The notes under the pieces: generated by a model
The model's input: only the letters and a program-made list of their open reading frames with translations
Database searches by the model: none
Told to the model about the DNA's origin: nothing
Translations under genes and position numbers: made by a program
Shown here: in pieces, positions 18,353 through 27,414 of the stretch
Layout of the letters: the number at the start of each line of letters is the position of its first letter
How positions within the stretch are numbered: the first letter of the stretch is position 1
Assembly (NCBI GenBank): GCA_026393855.1
Contig: JAPKZJ010000071.1
Location: forward strand, 12,567-76,566
Length of the DNA: 64,000 bases
Source of the DNA: Candidatus Aminicenantes bacterium
Lineage (GTDB): Bacteria; Acidobacteriota; Aminicenantia; Aminicenantales; UBA4085
Reading direction: 5' to 3'

Positions 18353-19324
18353 ATGACCCGGCGCTTGTCCGCGGGACTTCTGGCTCTTGGTCTCATCCTG
18401 GGAGCCAACGCCGCGCCTCCTTCACATATTGAGCTTCGCAATGACGATGCGGCAGGCCGCCTGCGGGTCCTTGTCGACGGCCGGGAGGCGTTCATTTACC
18501 AATACGCCGGCTCGCTCGACATGCCCCATTACTGGCCGCTGTCCACACCGGGCGGCCGCAATCTCCTGGTCCAGCAGACCGAGCCCTACCCCCACCACCG
18601 GTCCTTCTGGTTCGCCGACACGGTCCGTCTGAACGGCGGCCGCGACGTCAGCTTCTACAACGGGCTTTATTCCGGAGTGGAGCAGCCGACTGACCCCAAG
18701 ACCTACAAGCCCCCCTTCCGCGACCACATCCGTCATGTCCGATTCGCCAAGCTTGCGGCGCACGGCTCGCGCGCCGAGATCGAGGCCGAGCTCTTCTGGG
18801 AGATGGACGGCAATCAGGCCGTGCTCCGCGAGATGCGACGGCTCGTCGTCTACGGGCTGGGCGGAGGGGACTATCTTATGGATCTGTCCTTCGTCCTGAC
18901 GCCCGCCGGCGGCGAGGTCGAGTTCCGTAGCGACGACGTCCATTATGCCTGGCCCTACCTGCGCCTGCAGACGCGCTGGAGCGGCGAAGGCGGCGGCCGC
19001 CTAACGGCGGACGACGGCTCCGTCGGCCAGGAAACCACGAACATGCGGGCCGCCAAGTGGATCGACTACTCCAACACCATCGAAGGCGAGACGGCCGGCG
19101 CGGCCGTCTTCCAGTATCCCGACGGATTCAGCCACCGCTGGCTGACCCGCGAATACGGATGCTTCGGCCCGCGCCGCCCCGACGCGTTGAGCGGCAAGCC
19201 GTTCATCCTCGTTCCGGGCATGTCCCTGCGCCAGAGGATCGGCATCCTGATCCACGCTGGAGACGTCAAGAGCGGCCGGGTAGCCGAGCGCTACAAGGAC
19301 TACATCGGCGACCGCTGGAAATGA
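18353..19324 (+). CDS. PmoA-family / DUF6807 secreted protein
   Basis: Signal peptide plus MPHYWPLSTPGG...HHRSFWF motifs typical of the DUF6807 (methane-monooxygenase PmoA-like) family, which is recurrently paired with Gfo/Idh/MocA genes. Located 12 bp after the oxidoreductase gene. Confidence 0.6.
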   Translation: MTRRLSAGLLALGLILGANAAPPSHIELRNDDAAGRLRVLVDGREAFIYQYAGSLDMPHYWPLSTPGGRNLLVQQTEPYPHHRSFWFADTVRLNGGRDVSFYNGLYSGVEQPTDPKTYKPPFRDHIRHVRFAKLAAHGSRAEIEAELFWEMDGNQAVLREMRRLVVYGLGGGDYLMDLSFVLTPAGGEVEFRSDDVHYAWPYLRLQTRWSGEGGGRLTADDGSVGQETTNMRAAKWIDYSNTIEGETAGAAVFQYPDGFSHRWLTREYGCFGPRRPDALSGKPFILVPGMSLRQRIGILIHAGDVKSGRVAERYKDYIGDRWK

Positions 19325-20589
19325 TGGACCGAAGGAAATTCCTCAAAACGGCCCTGGCCGCTGCCGCGGCCGATGAGGCCTGGGCCTCGATTCCGTCGAG
19401 CCGGCTGACCTGGCCGCTTGTCGGGAGGCCGCTAATAGTCCCCCCGCCTACCCGCATCGCCCGAATCGATCTCTTCCCCGTCCTCTACCCCGTCTCGGGC
19501 TACTTCAAGTTCTTCGCCGGACCCGGCGGCCGGACCGGCCGGCCCGCGGTCATCATTAAAATCACGGCTGATGACGGGACCGTCGGCTGGGGCCAGTCCG
19601 TCCCGCTGTCCACATGGAGCGACGAGACCTGGGAAGGATCTGTCGCCGCCCTTCGAGTCTATTTCGCCCCCACCCTGATCGGCCTCGATCCCGAGAATCT
19701 CGAAGCGGCCCAGGCCGCCCTGGACAAGTCTGTTGCGGGCGGTTTCTCGACGGGGCTTCCCATCACCCGGGCCGGGCTTGACCTGGCTCTGCACGACTTG
19801 GCCGGCAAGCGCCGCGGCATCTCCCTGGCCCGCCTCTGGGGGAAGCCCGAAGGCGGACGCTTGACGCTGTCCTGGACGGTCAACGTCCGGACGCTGGGCG
19901 AAGCGGACGCCGTGATCGAGGAAGGCCGCCGCCGCGGCTATGCCCACTTCAACATCAAGATCGGCCCCGACCCGGACTTCGACATCGCCCTGGCCAAAGC
20001 CGTCCGCAAAGCAGCGCCCCAGGCTTTCTTATGGGCCGACGCCAACGGAGGGTACGATCAGGAGACCGCGCTACTGGCCGCCCCCCGGCTGGCGGATGCG
20101 GGGGTTGACGTCCTGGAATCTCCCCTGCGGCCCAACCGGATCTCGGGCTACCAGGCTCTCAAGAAGCAAGGCGCCCTGCCCATCCTGATGGACGAAGGCG
20201 TGGTCTCCCCCGCCGATTTGGAAGAGTTTATTCGGCTGGGCATGCTGGACGGGATCTCGGCCAAGCCCGCCCGCTGCGGCGGGCTGCGCTCCAACAAGCA
20301 CCAGATCGAGATCTGCCGCGAGCGCGGGCTGATGTGGCTCGGCAGCGGCCTGACCGATCCCGACATATCGCTGGCCGCGTCGCTGGCGCTTTACGGCGCC
20401 TTCGGACTGGCCAAGCCGGCGGCCCTGAACGGCCCGCAGTTCCTGGCCGCCGACGTGCTGAAGACGCCGCTTCGGATCGAGGGCGGCATCGCCCAAGTCC
20501 CGACCGGGCCCGGCTTGGGCATCGACGTCGACGAGGCCAAAGTCGTCGACCTCATGAAAAGAAGCGGCGGCGGCAAGCTGCTGGGCTGA
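19321..20589 (+). CDS. Enolase-superfamily enzyme (mandelate racemase/muconate lactonizing/dipeptide-epimerase-like), Tat-exported
   Basis: Tat motif MMDRRKFLKTALAAAAA. Enolase-superfamily metal ligands in the expected order (WADANGG, LESP, LMDEG) and the general-base region FNIKIG. The start overlaps the upstream stop (ATGA). The ORF-track start at 19057 lies inside the previous gene and is unlikely. Confidence 0.75.
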   Translation: MMDRRKFLKTALAAAAADEAWASIPSSRLTWPLVGRPLIVPPPTRIARIDLFPVLYPVSGYFKFFAGPGGRTGRPAVIIKITADDGTVGWGQSVPLSTWSDETWEGSVAALRVYFAPTLIGLDPENLEAAQAALDKSVAGGFSTGLPITRAGLDLALHDLAGKRRGISLARLWGKPEGGRLTLSWTVNVRTLGEADAVIEEGRRRGYAHFNIKIGPDPDFDIALAKAVRKAAPQAFLWADANGGYDQETALLAAPRLADAGVDVLESPLRPNRISGYQALKKQGALPILMDEGVVSPADLEEFIRLGMLDGISAKPARCGGLRSNKHQIEICRERGLMWLGSGLTDPDISLAASLALYGAFGLAKPAALNGPQFLAADVLKTPLRIEGGIAQVPTGPGLGIDVDEAKVVDLMKRSGGGKLLG

Positions 20590-20724
20590 TCCCCTTCCTT
20601 TTTCGCCATCCGATCGAAGCTCGCGTCGGCCCGTTCCTTGACTTATCAGGATGGAGTTGTTAAGTTTCATCTAGCGAAAGCGGATTACTCGATCTTACTC
20701 ATTGGGAATTATGGGGAGCGCCCT

Positions 20725-22176
20725 TTGAAGAGAGGCCTGATCTCGTCGATCCTTTTCCTTCTCGGAGCCATTCTCCCCGCCCCGGCCCAGGACAAGGAAT
20801 TCCGATTCGACGCCGGCGCTCGCCAGGCCCGCGATGTCTCGCTGTACCGTTCCAGCTACGCGCTTGTGATCGGCATTTCCAATTACACGGCCGGATGGCC
20901 GAAATTGCCGGGCGTTTTACGGGACATCGTGGACGTGGAGAGGGCTCTGAAAAAACAGGGCTTCGAAGTGACGGTCGTCCGGGACGTCGGGCAGGATCGG
21001 ATCAAGGGGGCTATCGAAGACTTCATCGGCCGCCATGGCGGCGAGCCGGAGAACCGCCTCCTGTTCTATTTCGCGGGCCACGGCCACACCTTGAGGACGG
21101 GCTACGGCGGAGAACTGGGCTTCATCGTTCCCTCCGACGCCCCCAATCCCGACGTCGACAAGGCGGGCTTCCGGGCCAAGGCCATCAGCATGCTGCTGTT
21201 CGAGAACTACGCGGTCAGCATCGACTCCAAACACGTGCTGTTCGTGTTCGACAGCTGCTTCGCCGGTTCGATCTTTGCCGCGAGCCGGTCCGCCTCCGTG
21301 GCGATCAGCGAGAAGACGGCCGCCCCCGTCCGACAGTTCATCACCTCGGGGAGCGCGGACGAGAAAGTCCCGGACGAAAGCATCTTCAAAGGGCAGTTCA
21401 TCGCCGGAATCGAAGGCGAGGCGGACATGAACCGCGACGGCTATGTCACCGGGGACGAGTTGGGGATCTTTCTTGCGACAAACGTCGTCAACTACTCGAA
21501 AGGCGCCCAGCATCCGAAGTACGGAAAGCTGATGAATGCCAAGCTGGATAAGGGCGATTTCGTCTTCATCCTGCCCAAGGGGGTTATCCAACCGGTTTCC
21601 AAAACCGAGGCGGATGTCGCCTCCCGGATCGAGCTGGAGTTCTGGAAGTCGACCAAGGAAAGCGATCGGGCGGAAGCCTACGCCGGCTACCTGGCAAAAT
21701 ATCCGGGCGGCGTCTTCACGGCCCTGGCCAAGCAGAGGCTGGACGAATTGGCCAAGGCCGAGGCGGCGGAGAAAGCGGGCAACCCGGCCGCAGAGAACCG
21801 GGAGGAGGCCGTTCCCGCAGTCCGGTTGATCCAGCTCCCCGGGGCCATGATCCGCGAATATAACGACAGGATCGGACGATTCTCTGTTTCCGGCGTTCCT
21901 GCGGACCTCAAGGCCGGCGGCCAGATCACCCTGGTCTATGCCGTCGCCCGGGACGGCCGGGTGTCCGTCGAATCGATGAACGATGCGGCTCTCGATGTCG
22001 TCCCCGAGGATAAAAAGCAAGCGGTTAAGGACGGCATCATCGCCGCGGCCCGGGAGATCGTCCTGCCTCCGCCCCGGGACAAAGAAGGGAACCGCGTCAC
22101 CGTGGTCCATTGGCCGGTCAGCTATCAGGTCGGCCGTTATCAAGACAGGCTCGTTTTCAACATCGTCGCTTTCTAA
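20725..22176 (+). CDS. Secreted caspase-domain (peptidase C14) protein with C-terminal TonB_C-like/unknown domain
   Basis: Signal peptide LKRGLISSILFLLGAILPAPAQ (TTG start after GGGGAG). Caspase p20 His (LFYFAGHGHT) and Cys (VLFVFDSCFAGS) dyad; YALVIGISNY block. C-terminal ~150 aa are unassigned. The ORF-track start at 20638 is probably too early. Confidence 0.75.
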   Translation: MKRGLISSILFLLGAILPAPAQDKEFRFDAGARQARDVSLYRSSYALVIGISNYTAGWPKLPGVLRDIVDVERALKKQGFEVTVVRDVGQDRIKGAIEDFIGRHGGEPENRLLFYFAGHGHTLRTGYGGELGFIVPSDAPNPDVDKAGFRAKAISMLLFENYAVSIDSKHVLFVFDSCFAGSIFAASRSASVAISEKTAAPVRQFITSGSADEKVPDESIFKGQFIAGIEGEADMNRDGYVTGDELGIFLATNVVNYSKGAQHPKYGKLMNAKLDKGDFVFILPKGVIQPVSKTEADVASRIELEFWKSTKESDRAEAYAGYLAKYPGGVFTALAKQRLDELAKAEAAEKAGNPAAENREEAVPAVRLIQLPGAMIREYNDRIGRFSVSGVPADLKAGGQITLVYAVARDGRVSVESMNDAALDVVPEDKKQAVKDGIIAAAREIVLPPPRDKEGNRVTVVHWPVSYQVGRYQDRLVFNIVAF

Positions 22177-22187
22177 GGAGGTGGCCG

Positions 22188-23222
22188 TTGAAATCGCAAG
22201 GTTCCGTCCGGAGAACCGCCCTGGCCGCCGTCTCGATCGCCGTCCTGTTCCTGTCCCTCGCCCGGCCGGCCGCCGCCCAGCAGAGCGAGCTGGAGAAGGC
22301 CAAGACCCTCATCAACGCCGGGGAGTTCGACGCGGGCATCAAGCTGCTGGAAGGCTACATCGCCACCATCAAGGACATCGCCAGCCGGCGAAAGTCCATC
22401 GCCGAAGCGTATTACCTGATCGCCAAGATCTACTTCTCCGTCGGAGAGGACGACAAGTCCGACGAAAATCTAGCGGCGGCCTTCGCCGCCTTTCCGGGCT
22501 TCATGGCTGAGGAGACGAACGCCGCTTTCCGCATCCGGGCGGAACGAGGCCGGGCTCTTGCGGCCCAGCGCCAGAGGGAGGAACAGGCCGCAGCCGCGGC
22601 GAACGGGGCGAAATCCGGCGGCAAGGGAAGCGCCGCCTTCCGCTTCAAGGTGCTGGGCGCATATTGTTTCTGCGACTCGAGCCGGACCACCGCTTTCGGA
22701 CAAAAAGTGAGTTCGTACTATCGCGTCGCCCCGGCCATAGGCGTGGGAGCCGAGTTCGGCTCAAGTCTGGTCCTGGACGTCGAGATATGGCTGCTGCCCA
22801 AAGGGGGCAATTTCACCTTCTCCTATCCCGCTGCCGGCGAGAGCTACTCTGAAGCCGTGGATGTGTACGTATTTCGCTGGGAGATCAGCCTGCCCGTCTT
22901 GGCCAAGCTCTACGTACTGCCCGCGGACTCCCGCATCCGGCCGTTCGTCCTGGGCGGCGGCGAGATCGCCCAGGTCACCTGGAATGTCCTGGAGGGGTAT
23001 TGGGGGGACATTCAGCAGAAAAGACAGACCCTGTCGAAACAGATGGATTACGGCCTGATCTTCGGCGCGGGAGCGGATTTCCGCCTGGGCGCTCGAATAT
23101 CCCTCTTCCTCGAGGGACGCCTTCATCTCGGGCTGGCCGAGCTCGACAATGGCGGCGATTACTACGGCCCGGCCCCCTCGAAGCCGTATATGCTCGGAAT
23201 ATTCACCGGGATCAAGTTCTGA
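22188..23222 (+). CDS. Putative outer-membrane beta-barrel protein with N-terminal helical (TPR-like) domain
   Basis: TTG start 6 nt after AGGAGG; signal peptide AAVSIAVLFLSLARPAAAQ; helical region KTLINAGEFDAGIKLLEGYI...AEAYYLIAKIYF. The C-terminal half is strand-rich and ends ...GIFTGIKF, a typical OMP C-terminal aromatic. Located 12 bp after the caspase gene. Confidence 0.45.
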   Translation: MKSQGSVRRTALAAVSIAVLFLSLARPAAAQQSELEKAKTLINAGEFDAGIKLLEGYIATIKDIASRRKSIAEAYYLIAKIYFSVGEDDKSDENLAAAFAAFPGFMAEETNAAFRIRAERGRALAAQRQREEQAAAAANGAKSGGKGSAAFRFKVLGAYCFCDSSRTTAFGQKVSSYYRVAPAIGVGAEFGSSLVLDVEIWLLPKGGNFTFSYPAAGESYSEAVDVYVFRWEISLPVLAKLYVLPADSRIRPFVLGGGEIAQVTWNVLEGYWGDIQQKRQTLSKQMDYGLIFGAGADFRLGARISLFLEGRLHLGLAELDNGGDYYGPAPSKPYMLGIFTGIKF

Positions 23223-23255
23223 TCAAACGCTTCTTTCGGGGAAGAGGAGGAGACC

Positions 23256-24926
23256 GTGCATCATTCATTTGCAAGAACCGTCGTGGCCTTGGCCGTCAGC
23301 CTCTTTCTGGCCGGTCTCTTCCTCGCGGCCGCCCAGGATCGGAATCCCGCCTGGCCCGGCCAGGGAGCCAAGCCCGGCGCTCCAAGCTCCCCCTCGGGCA
23401 AGCCGGCGCCGGCCGCCGATGATGGGCTCAAATTTGTCGGCCAAATCGTCGGGGAAACGACGTCCGTCGCGGGCTCGGCCGGCCATTACGAGCGCGTCCT
23501 GCTGGCCCCCCCCGACGACGGCCGCTTGAAGGCCGGAAATACGTGGGAGATCGGCATGGACGTGGCGGTCAAGCTCGGGCTCAAGAAGCCCGCCGAGCGA
23601 TGGGCGGTGATCCGCCGCAACCTCTTGTTGTCGCCGTCCGATCGGGAGGATCTCGTTCTTTGGACCGAGGTCGTCGATTCCCTCCTCGATCAGATCGGGA
23701 AGCTTCCTGCCGAGGAAAAGCCCGGAGTTCCCGGCTTCGGACTCCTTGTGGCATTCCCGGGGCAAGCCGCTTCCGACGACGCGAAAGCCAATGTGGCGCT
23801 CACATTCAACTCGAATCAGACCAGCCGCAAGGACAAGGAGCAAAAGAAGGACTTCGAAAGCGAATTGAGCCGGAGCGTCCGCGAGCCGCTGACCGGCGCG
23901 GAAGGCTTTCTGAACATCGTGGACGACCAGGGGGTCTCGTTGACGTCCGACGAAGCGCAAAACGCGCTGCTGAATGTGAAGCTCAAGCTCTATGACGGCG
24001 GCGGCAGGGAGGTGGATGCCGTTCCGGAGATGAAAGGCCGCTATTTTCGCTTCTCGCCTCTCACGGCCGATGGGGAGTTCGGAAGCGACTATTGGCTTAA
24101 GGTCCAATGGAGCGCCGAAGCGGCGGCCCAAAAAGGCGTCGCCGGGAAGGTCCTATCGGAGCATTACGTTCCCGTCCGGCAAGGCGCGCGGACGCGAATG
24201 GACGTCAGGCTGGCCTTGAGCAAGATCGTCCAAGCCGGCAAAGGCGACATCGGGCTTCCGGGAGCGCCGGCCGCCGTATCGCTTCTCTACCAGAATTTCG
24301 TGGCTTCGAATCCCCTGCTGGGAGTTCTGACCCAGGTCATGCCTTCGAACCCGGGCCTGCATCTCGGCGTACTCCAGATCAAAGACGCCGGCCCGCAGGT
24401 CTTCTGGTCGACACGCTTCCGCCTGCTGGCGGACATGCAGGACCGGAGCCCCCGCTTCATCACCCGGGGCTCCCTCCGGCTGCAGTGCATGACGGAAGCG
24501 GCAACCGACGGCCAGCCGTCTTGGCACTATGTAAAAATCACATGGTGCGGGAGCGTTGACGAGGATCAGCTGTCACTGAAATCCAGGAGAAATGCGAAAT
24601 TCCTGGGCTTGAAGAGGGATTTTCTGGGGATCGGCCTGGGCGTCGTGCCTTCCTTGGAGCCGTCTCTCTTCGCCGTGGGGGCAAGTCTCAAGCCTATCAA
24701 GGGCTGCGAGATCTTTCTCGGCGCCGGCATCCGCCAGGACTATCCGACCCGATTCGTGTACGGCCTGACGCTTGATGTCATGGACATGTTGAGCTTCTTA
24801 GGCATCGCCTCCCCGTCGGAAACGCCGGCCGCAGCGACCGCGGTCGCCGCGGAATCGTCGGGGGCGGCGGAGAAAGCGACCGGGCAACGTTTCGGACCCG
24901 CGCCTCCCCGGAAGAAATCGAACTGA
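23256..24926 (+). CDS. Secreted hypothetical protein (no recognisable domain)
   Basis: GTG start after GAGGAGGAG; signal peptide RTVVALAVSLFLAGLFLAAAQD; 556 aa; coding-like codon bias. Lies in the operon between the OMP-like gene and the second caspase gene. Confidence 0.5.
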   Translation: MHHSFARTVVALAVSLFLAGLFLAAAQDRNPAWPGQGAKPGAPSSPSGKPAPAADDGLKFVGQIVGETTSVAGSAGHYERVLLAPPDDGRLKAGNTWEIGMDVAVKLGLKKPAERWAVIRRNLLLSPSDREDLVLWTEVVDSLLDQIGKLPAEEKPGVPGFGLLVAFPGQAASDDAKANVALTFNSNQTSRKDKEQKKDFESELSRSVREPLTGAEGFLNIVDDQGVSLTSDEAQNALLNVKLKLYDGGGREVDAVPEMKGRYFRFSPLTADGEFGSDYWLKVQWSAEAAAQKGVAGKVLSEHYVPVRQGARTRMDVRLALSKIVQAGKGDIGLPGAPAAVSLLYQNFVASNPLLGVLTQVMPSNPGLHLGVLQIKDAGPQVFWSTRFRLLADMQDRSPRFITRGSLRLQCMTEAATDGQPSWHYVKITWCGSVDEDQLSLKSRRNAKFLGLKRDFLGIGLGVVPSLEPSLFAVGASLKPIKGCEIFLGAGIRQDYPTRFVYGLTLDVMDMLSFLGIASPSETPAAATAVAAESSGAAEKATGQRFGPAPPRKKSN

Positions 24927-24943
24927 TCCCAATCGGCCCAGCC

Positions 24944-27310
24944 ATGTCCGGAGCCCCTGGAACGTCCCGCCGCATGCGCCGCCGCCTGACGGTCTTGGGA
25001 CTTATCTGGATCTCGGCCGTGTTGGGTTTGCAGGCGGAGACACGCCGGGCTCTTCTCGTCGGCATCAACCAGTATGTTCCCCAAGGATCCCCTCCCAGCA
25101 TGATCAAGGATGCCTCTTATCTGGGAAGGCAGGAGTGGTGGAACTTGCGCGGATGCCTGAATGACGTCAAGGTCATGCGGGAACTTTTGGAAAAGAAGTT
25201 TCGTTTTCCGCCGCAAAACATCGAAGTCCTCCTGGACGCTCAAGCCACGCGCCAGGCGATCATCGACGCGATCCGAGGGCGGCTGATCGCAGCCTCGTCT
25301 CGCGGCGACGTCTCGCTGTTCTATTTCTCCGGCCACGGCTCGAGATTCATCAATACTCTGAATGGCGAACTGAAACGGAAGGACGAAACAATCGTCCCGG
25401 CCGATTCCTATGCCGGGGCCAAGGACATCCGCGACAAAGAGCTGGCCCGACTCTTCAACGAAGCTCTCGACAAAGGAGTCATCCTCACGGCCATCTTCGA
25501 CAGTTGCTGCAGCGGCTCGGTTTGCCGCGGCTTCTCGGCCCTGGACGCCGGCCAAAGCCGGTACCAGCCGGAAGTTCGCAGCGATGCCCTCGAGCCGCCC
25601 GACTCGACAAAAAAGCCCGAGGAGCGGACGGAGCTCAAGGAGCGCGGGATCCTCGTCTTGTCGGCAGCCCAGGATGACCAAATCGCCGAGGAAGCCTTCG
25701 ATGAGGAGGCCCGGGACAAGGAAAGCCGGCCGCGCGGCGCGTTCAGCCTGGCCCTGTCCAAAGTCCTTTCGGCCGCCTCTGAAAATGAGCCGGCCTCCCG
25801 GATCGAGCAGCGCTTGCGATCGATCATGCTTTCCGAAAACCGGGCTCAGATCCCTGTCTTCAGCGGGACAAGCGAGCGGATGTCCGGGCCGCTTTTCGGC
25901 GCCGGAACGGCCGTGTCGACGGGAGGGCTCTGCGTGGCGGCCGTTCAAGTCGAGGGCGACGCAGTGGAGATCCGAGGCGGATACGCGGTCGGCCTGGCGG
26001 AGGGCTGTGAGCTGAATTTAGAGGATGCCCGGAGGCCGTCCGAAGTGCGCATCCGCATCACCAAGGTGGAGGGCCTAGCCCAAGCGAAGGCGGCAGTGAT
26101 CGCGGGGTCGGCGTCCACCATCAAGCCGGGCTCGCTCTTTCGCGTTTACAAATGGACCTACTCCAACGCTCAGGGGGCTCTCAAGGTCTGGTGGCCCGCC
26201 TCGCCCCCAAAGCTCCAGGACCTCAACACCGCCCGAAGCGAGATTCAAGCGTTGAAGAGCTCCGGACAAATCGCCTGGGTTCGGGATCCGACCGAGGACA
26301 GTCCCGACTGGCAGGTCGGCTACGACGGCCGGTCGTGGATTCTTCTCGAGAAGGCCGCCGGACGGCGCATCGTCCTGAAACAGCCTTGGCGGGCGAAGGA
26401 CATCTTGGAAATTGTGTCAGTCCCGGGCGGTGGGCGGGCCAAGGTTTTCGTCGGCTTTCCCGCGCCGGTCGAGCTTACCGCGAAGCTGAACCTCGGCTCC
26501 GGAACGGCCAACGACGCCGTCATCCGGACCGTCTCCGAAAGCGAGGCGAATTACTCCTTGGTGGGGCGACTGGAAGACGGCGCCGTCCAGACGGCCTGGC
26601 TAGCGCGCAACGCAATCCGGGAGCCGTCAGAATCCCCCCTGCCGGTTCGAAGCGACTGGCGGACCGTGATGCCTTCGGCGGAGTCGTTGCGCGACGCGGC
26701 TGCCGCTCTGGAAGACGCGGCACTTCGACTTCAAAAAATCAAAGGCTGGCTCAACTTGCAATCTCAGGACGAGAGCCTGCGTCCCTTCCCCTACCACCTC
26801 GGCTTCAAAAACGCGGGGACCGGCCGAGTGACGAGCCCGAACGAGCCGCTTCAAGTCGGCGAACGCTATAATGCGGTCCTCATCCGCGACGAGGCTCCTT
26901 CAGGATCTCGGCCGGAGCAGCGACGCATCTACGTGTTCGCCATCAGCGGCGACGGCCGCGGGACGCTTCTCTATCCCCGTTTCGGCGAGGTCGAAAACTT
27001 TCTGCCGCCGGAAAATCAGCTTGTGAAGGGCGGGAATATCGTCCTCAAGGACGCGGCAGGCGCGTTCCAAATTCCGGAGACGACCGATCCCTGCGCTTAT
27101 TTCCTTCTGACGAGTGCCGATCCCCTTGGGAACCCCTGGGTCTTGGAGTTCGACGGAGTCAAAACAAGAGGGGCCGGCGTCGCGGAAGGCTCGAGCAATC
27201 CCCTCGCCCGGCTACTGCAGCAGGTCGGCGCCGCAACGCGAGGCAAACCTGCGGCGCCATCCCACTGGTCCGTCGAGCATTACATCGTCAAGAGCGTCCC
27301 GGCAAAATAG
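24944..27310 (+). CDS. Large secreted caspase-domain (peptidase C14) protein with ~500-aa uncharacterised C-terminal region
   Basis: Signal peptide (MRRRLTVLGLIWISAVLGLQA); caspase blocks ALLVGINQY, FYFSGHGS (His) and AIFDSCCSGS (Cys). The rest is unassigned. Located 18 bp after the previous gene. Confidence 0.75.
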   Translation: MSGAPGTSRRMRRRLTVLGLIWISAVLGLQAETRRALLVGINQYVPQGSPPSMIKDASYLGRQEWWNLRGCLNDVKVMRELLEKKFRFPPQNIEVLLDAQATRQAIIDAIRGRLIAASSRGDVSLFYFSGHGSRFINTLNGELKRKDETIVPADSYAGAKDIRDKELARLFNEALDKGVILTAIFDSCCSGSVCRGFSALDAGQSRYQPEVRSDALEPPDSTKKPEERTELKERGILVLSAAQDDQIAEEAFDEEARDKESRPRGAFSLALSKVLSAASENEPASRIEQRLRSIMLSENRAQIPVFSGTSERMSGPLFGAGTAVSTGGLCVAAVQVEGDAVEIRGGYAVGLAEGCELNLEDARRPSEVRIRITKVEGLAQAKAAVIAGSASTIKPGSLFRVYKWTYSNAQGALKVWWPASPPKLQDLNTARSEIQALKSSGQIAWVRDPTEDSPDWQVGYDGRSWILLEKAAGRRIVLKQPWRAKDILEIVSVPGGGRAKVFVGFPAPVELTAKLNLGSGTANDAVIRTVSESEANYSLVGRLEDGAVQTAWLARNAIREPSESPLPVRSDWRTVMPSAESLRDAAAALEDAALRLQKIKGWLNLQSQDESLRPFPYHLGFKNAGTGRVTSPNEPLQVGERYNAVLIRDEAPSGSRPEQRRIYVFAISGDGRGTLLYPRFGEVENFLPPENQLVKGGNIVLKDAAGAFQIPETTDPCAYFLLTSADPLGNPWVLEFDGVKTRGAGVAEGSSNPLARLLQQVGAATRGKPAAPSHWSVEHYIVKSVPAK

Positions 27311-27414
27311 GCTGGGATCTATGCCGAGGAAGGCGGGAACCTGCACTCGCGCAGCGATCCAAGGTCATCTGACATCCCTCAAGCTGCCAAGACGTCCGGG
27401 ATCAACCGGCCGGC

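Noticed and set aside
19057-19320. Upstream start for the enolase-superfamily gene (ORF track 19057)
   Set aside because: It overlaps the 3' end of the PmoA-like gene in another frame and encodes an Arg/Pro-rich stretch. The ATG at 19321 gives a canonical Tat signal MMDRRKFLK.
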